A DNA stretch of 41,517 nucleotides. Source: Craspedostauros australis (taxonomy: Eukaryota). The stretch is taken from assembly GCA_030167865.1 (NCBI GenBank), contig JALAGF010000257.1, positions 1 through 41,517 of the forward strand. The letters are read 5' to 3'. The translations under genes were made by a program, and so were the position numbers. Position 1 is the first letter of the stretch. Every line of letters starts with the position of its first letter. The notes beneath the pieces are model-generated. The model worked only from the letters and a program-made list of their open reading frames with translations. It was not told the DNA's origin and ran no database searches. This document shows, one piece after another, positions 41,056 through 41,517 of this stretch.

Positions 41056-41517
41056 CTCCTACCATTTTGGATGAAACAATCCAGGAATGTGAATTTTGCT
41101 TCTTTTTCGTTGTTCTGGACAGCAACATCCCGAGGATCATGGTGTCGGCACCACCTCATAATTCCTCTCTTTCCTCACCTCACACTGGAGGTGTTTGCGT
41201 GGCTCATAATTTCATAACTGGCGAGGCTGGCGCGCCCCTATCCCGAGTCACGATCTTAGTCCCGTTAAGNGTATCGACTCAATGGATCGTTATGAGTCGT
41301 GTATCCCATCCACGTTTCGATCTGGATCTTGCTCCTTTTGCGCAATCCTGTTCGTTACGGTTGTACAGCCTCCAATTCTTGATATACTTGCCTACCTGCT
41401 TCGGATGTTCCTTCATATGCTTCCAACTTGCTGGCGTGCCCCATTTGCCAGGGTGTCTTTTGATAGTCTATGCACTGCATCTTCCATGCATTATTGGTCT
41501 TCGTCCTGAATATGCAT

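Noticed and set aside
41270-41270. Single N base
   Set aside because: Assembly ambiguity or gap marker, not biology; adjacency across it is uncertain.
1-41517. CRISPR array, prokaryotic operon or bacterial contamination
   Set aside because: No repeat-spacer array. The bacterial-type genes carry eukaryotic presequences and sit among HSF, Tim8, an intron-containing gene and a CCA-less tRNA.

Overview
Eukaryotic nuclear DNA, most consistent with a diatom (inferred from bipartite 'ASAFAP'-type plastid presequences, a DUF6824 protein, a diatom-style HSF, compact intron-poor genes and microsatellite-rich spacers). The first ~4.1 kb is a decayed, CpG-poor DNA transposon resembling PIF/Harbinger (DDE_Tnp_4 type). 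Its transposase is cut off at 435/436 by a sequence that starts TGTTG, possibly an LTR. Twelve protein genes follow: an HSF transcription factor, two plastid-targeted unknowns, a diatom-type unknown, a Tim8-like small Tim missing its outer cysteine pair, a DUF6824 protein, a complete bacterial-type NAD+-dependent DNA ligase (LigA) with an organelle presequence, a divergent pirin, a secretory-pathway unknown ending in SRL, an organellar TsaD, a 1344-aa type-II membrane protein with a metzincin-like domain carrying HQxxH instead of HExxH, and a Ser-rich disordered protein. A tRNA-Gly(GCC) lies near the right end. The most notable signals are the organelle-targeted LigA (possibly dual plastid/mitochondrial), the neighbouring plastid-targeted genes, the putative pseudo-protease receptor/adhesin, and the half-motif Tim8. 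All family calls come from motifs recognised by eye; no database search was run.
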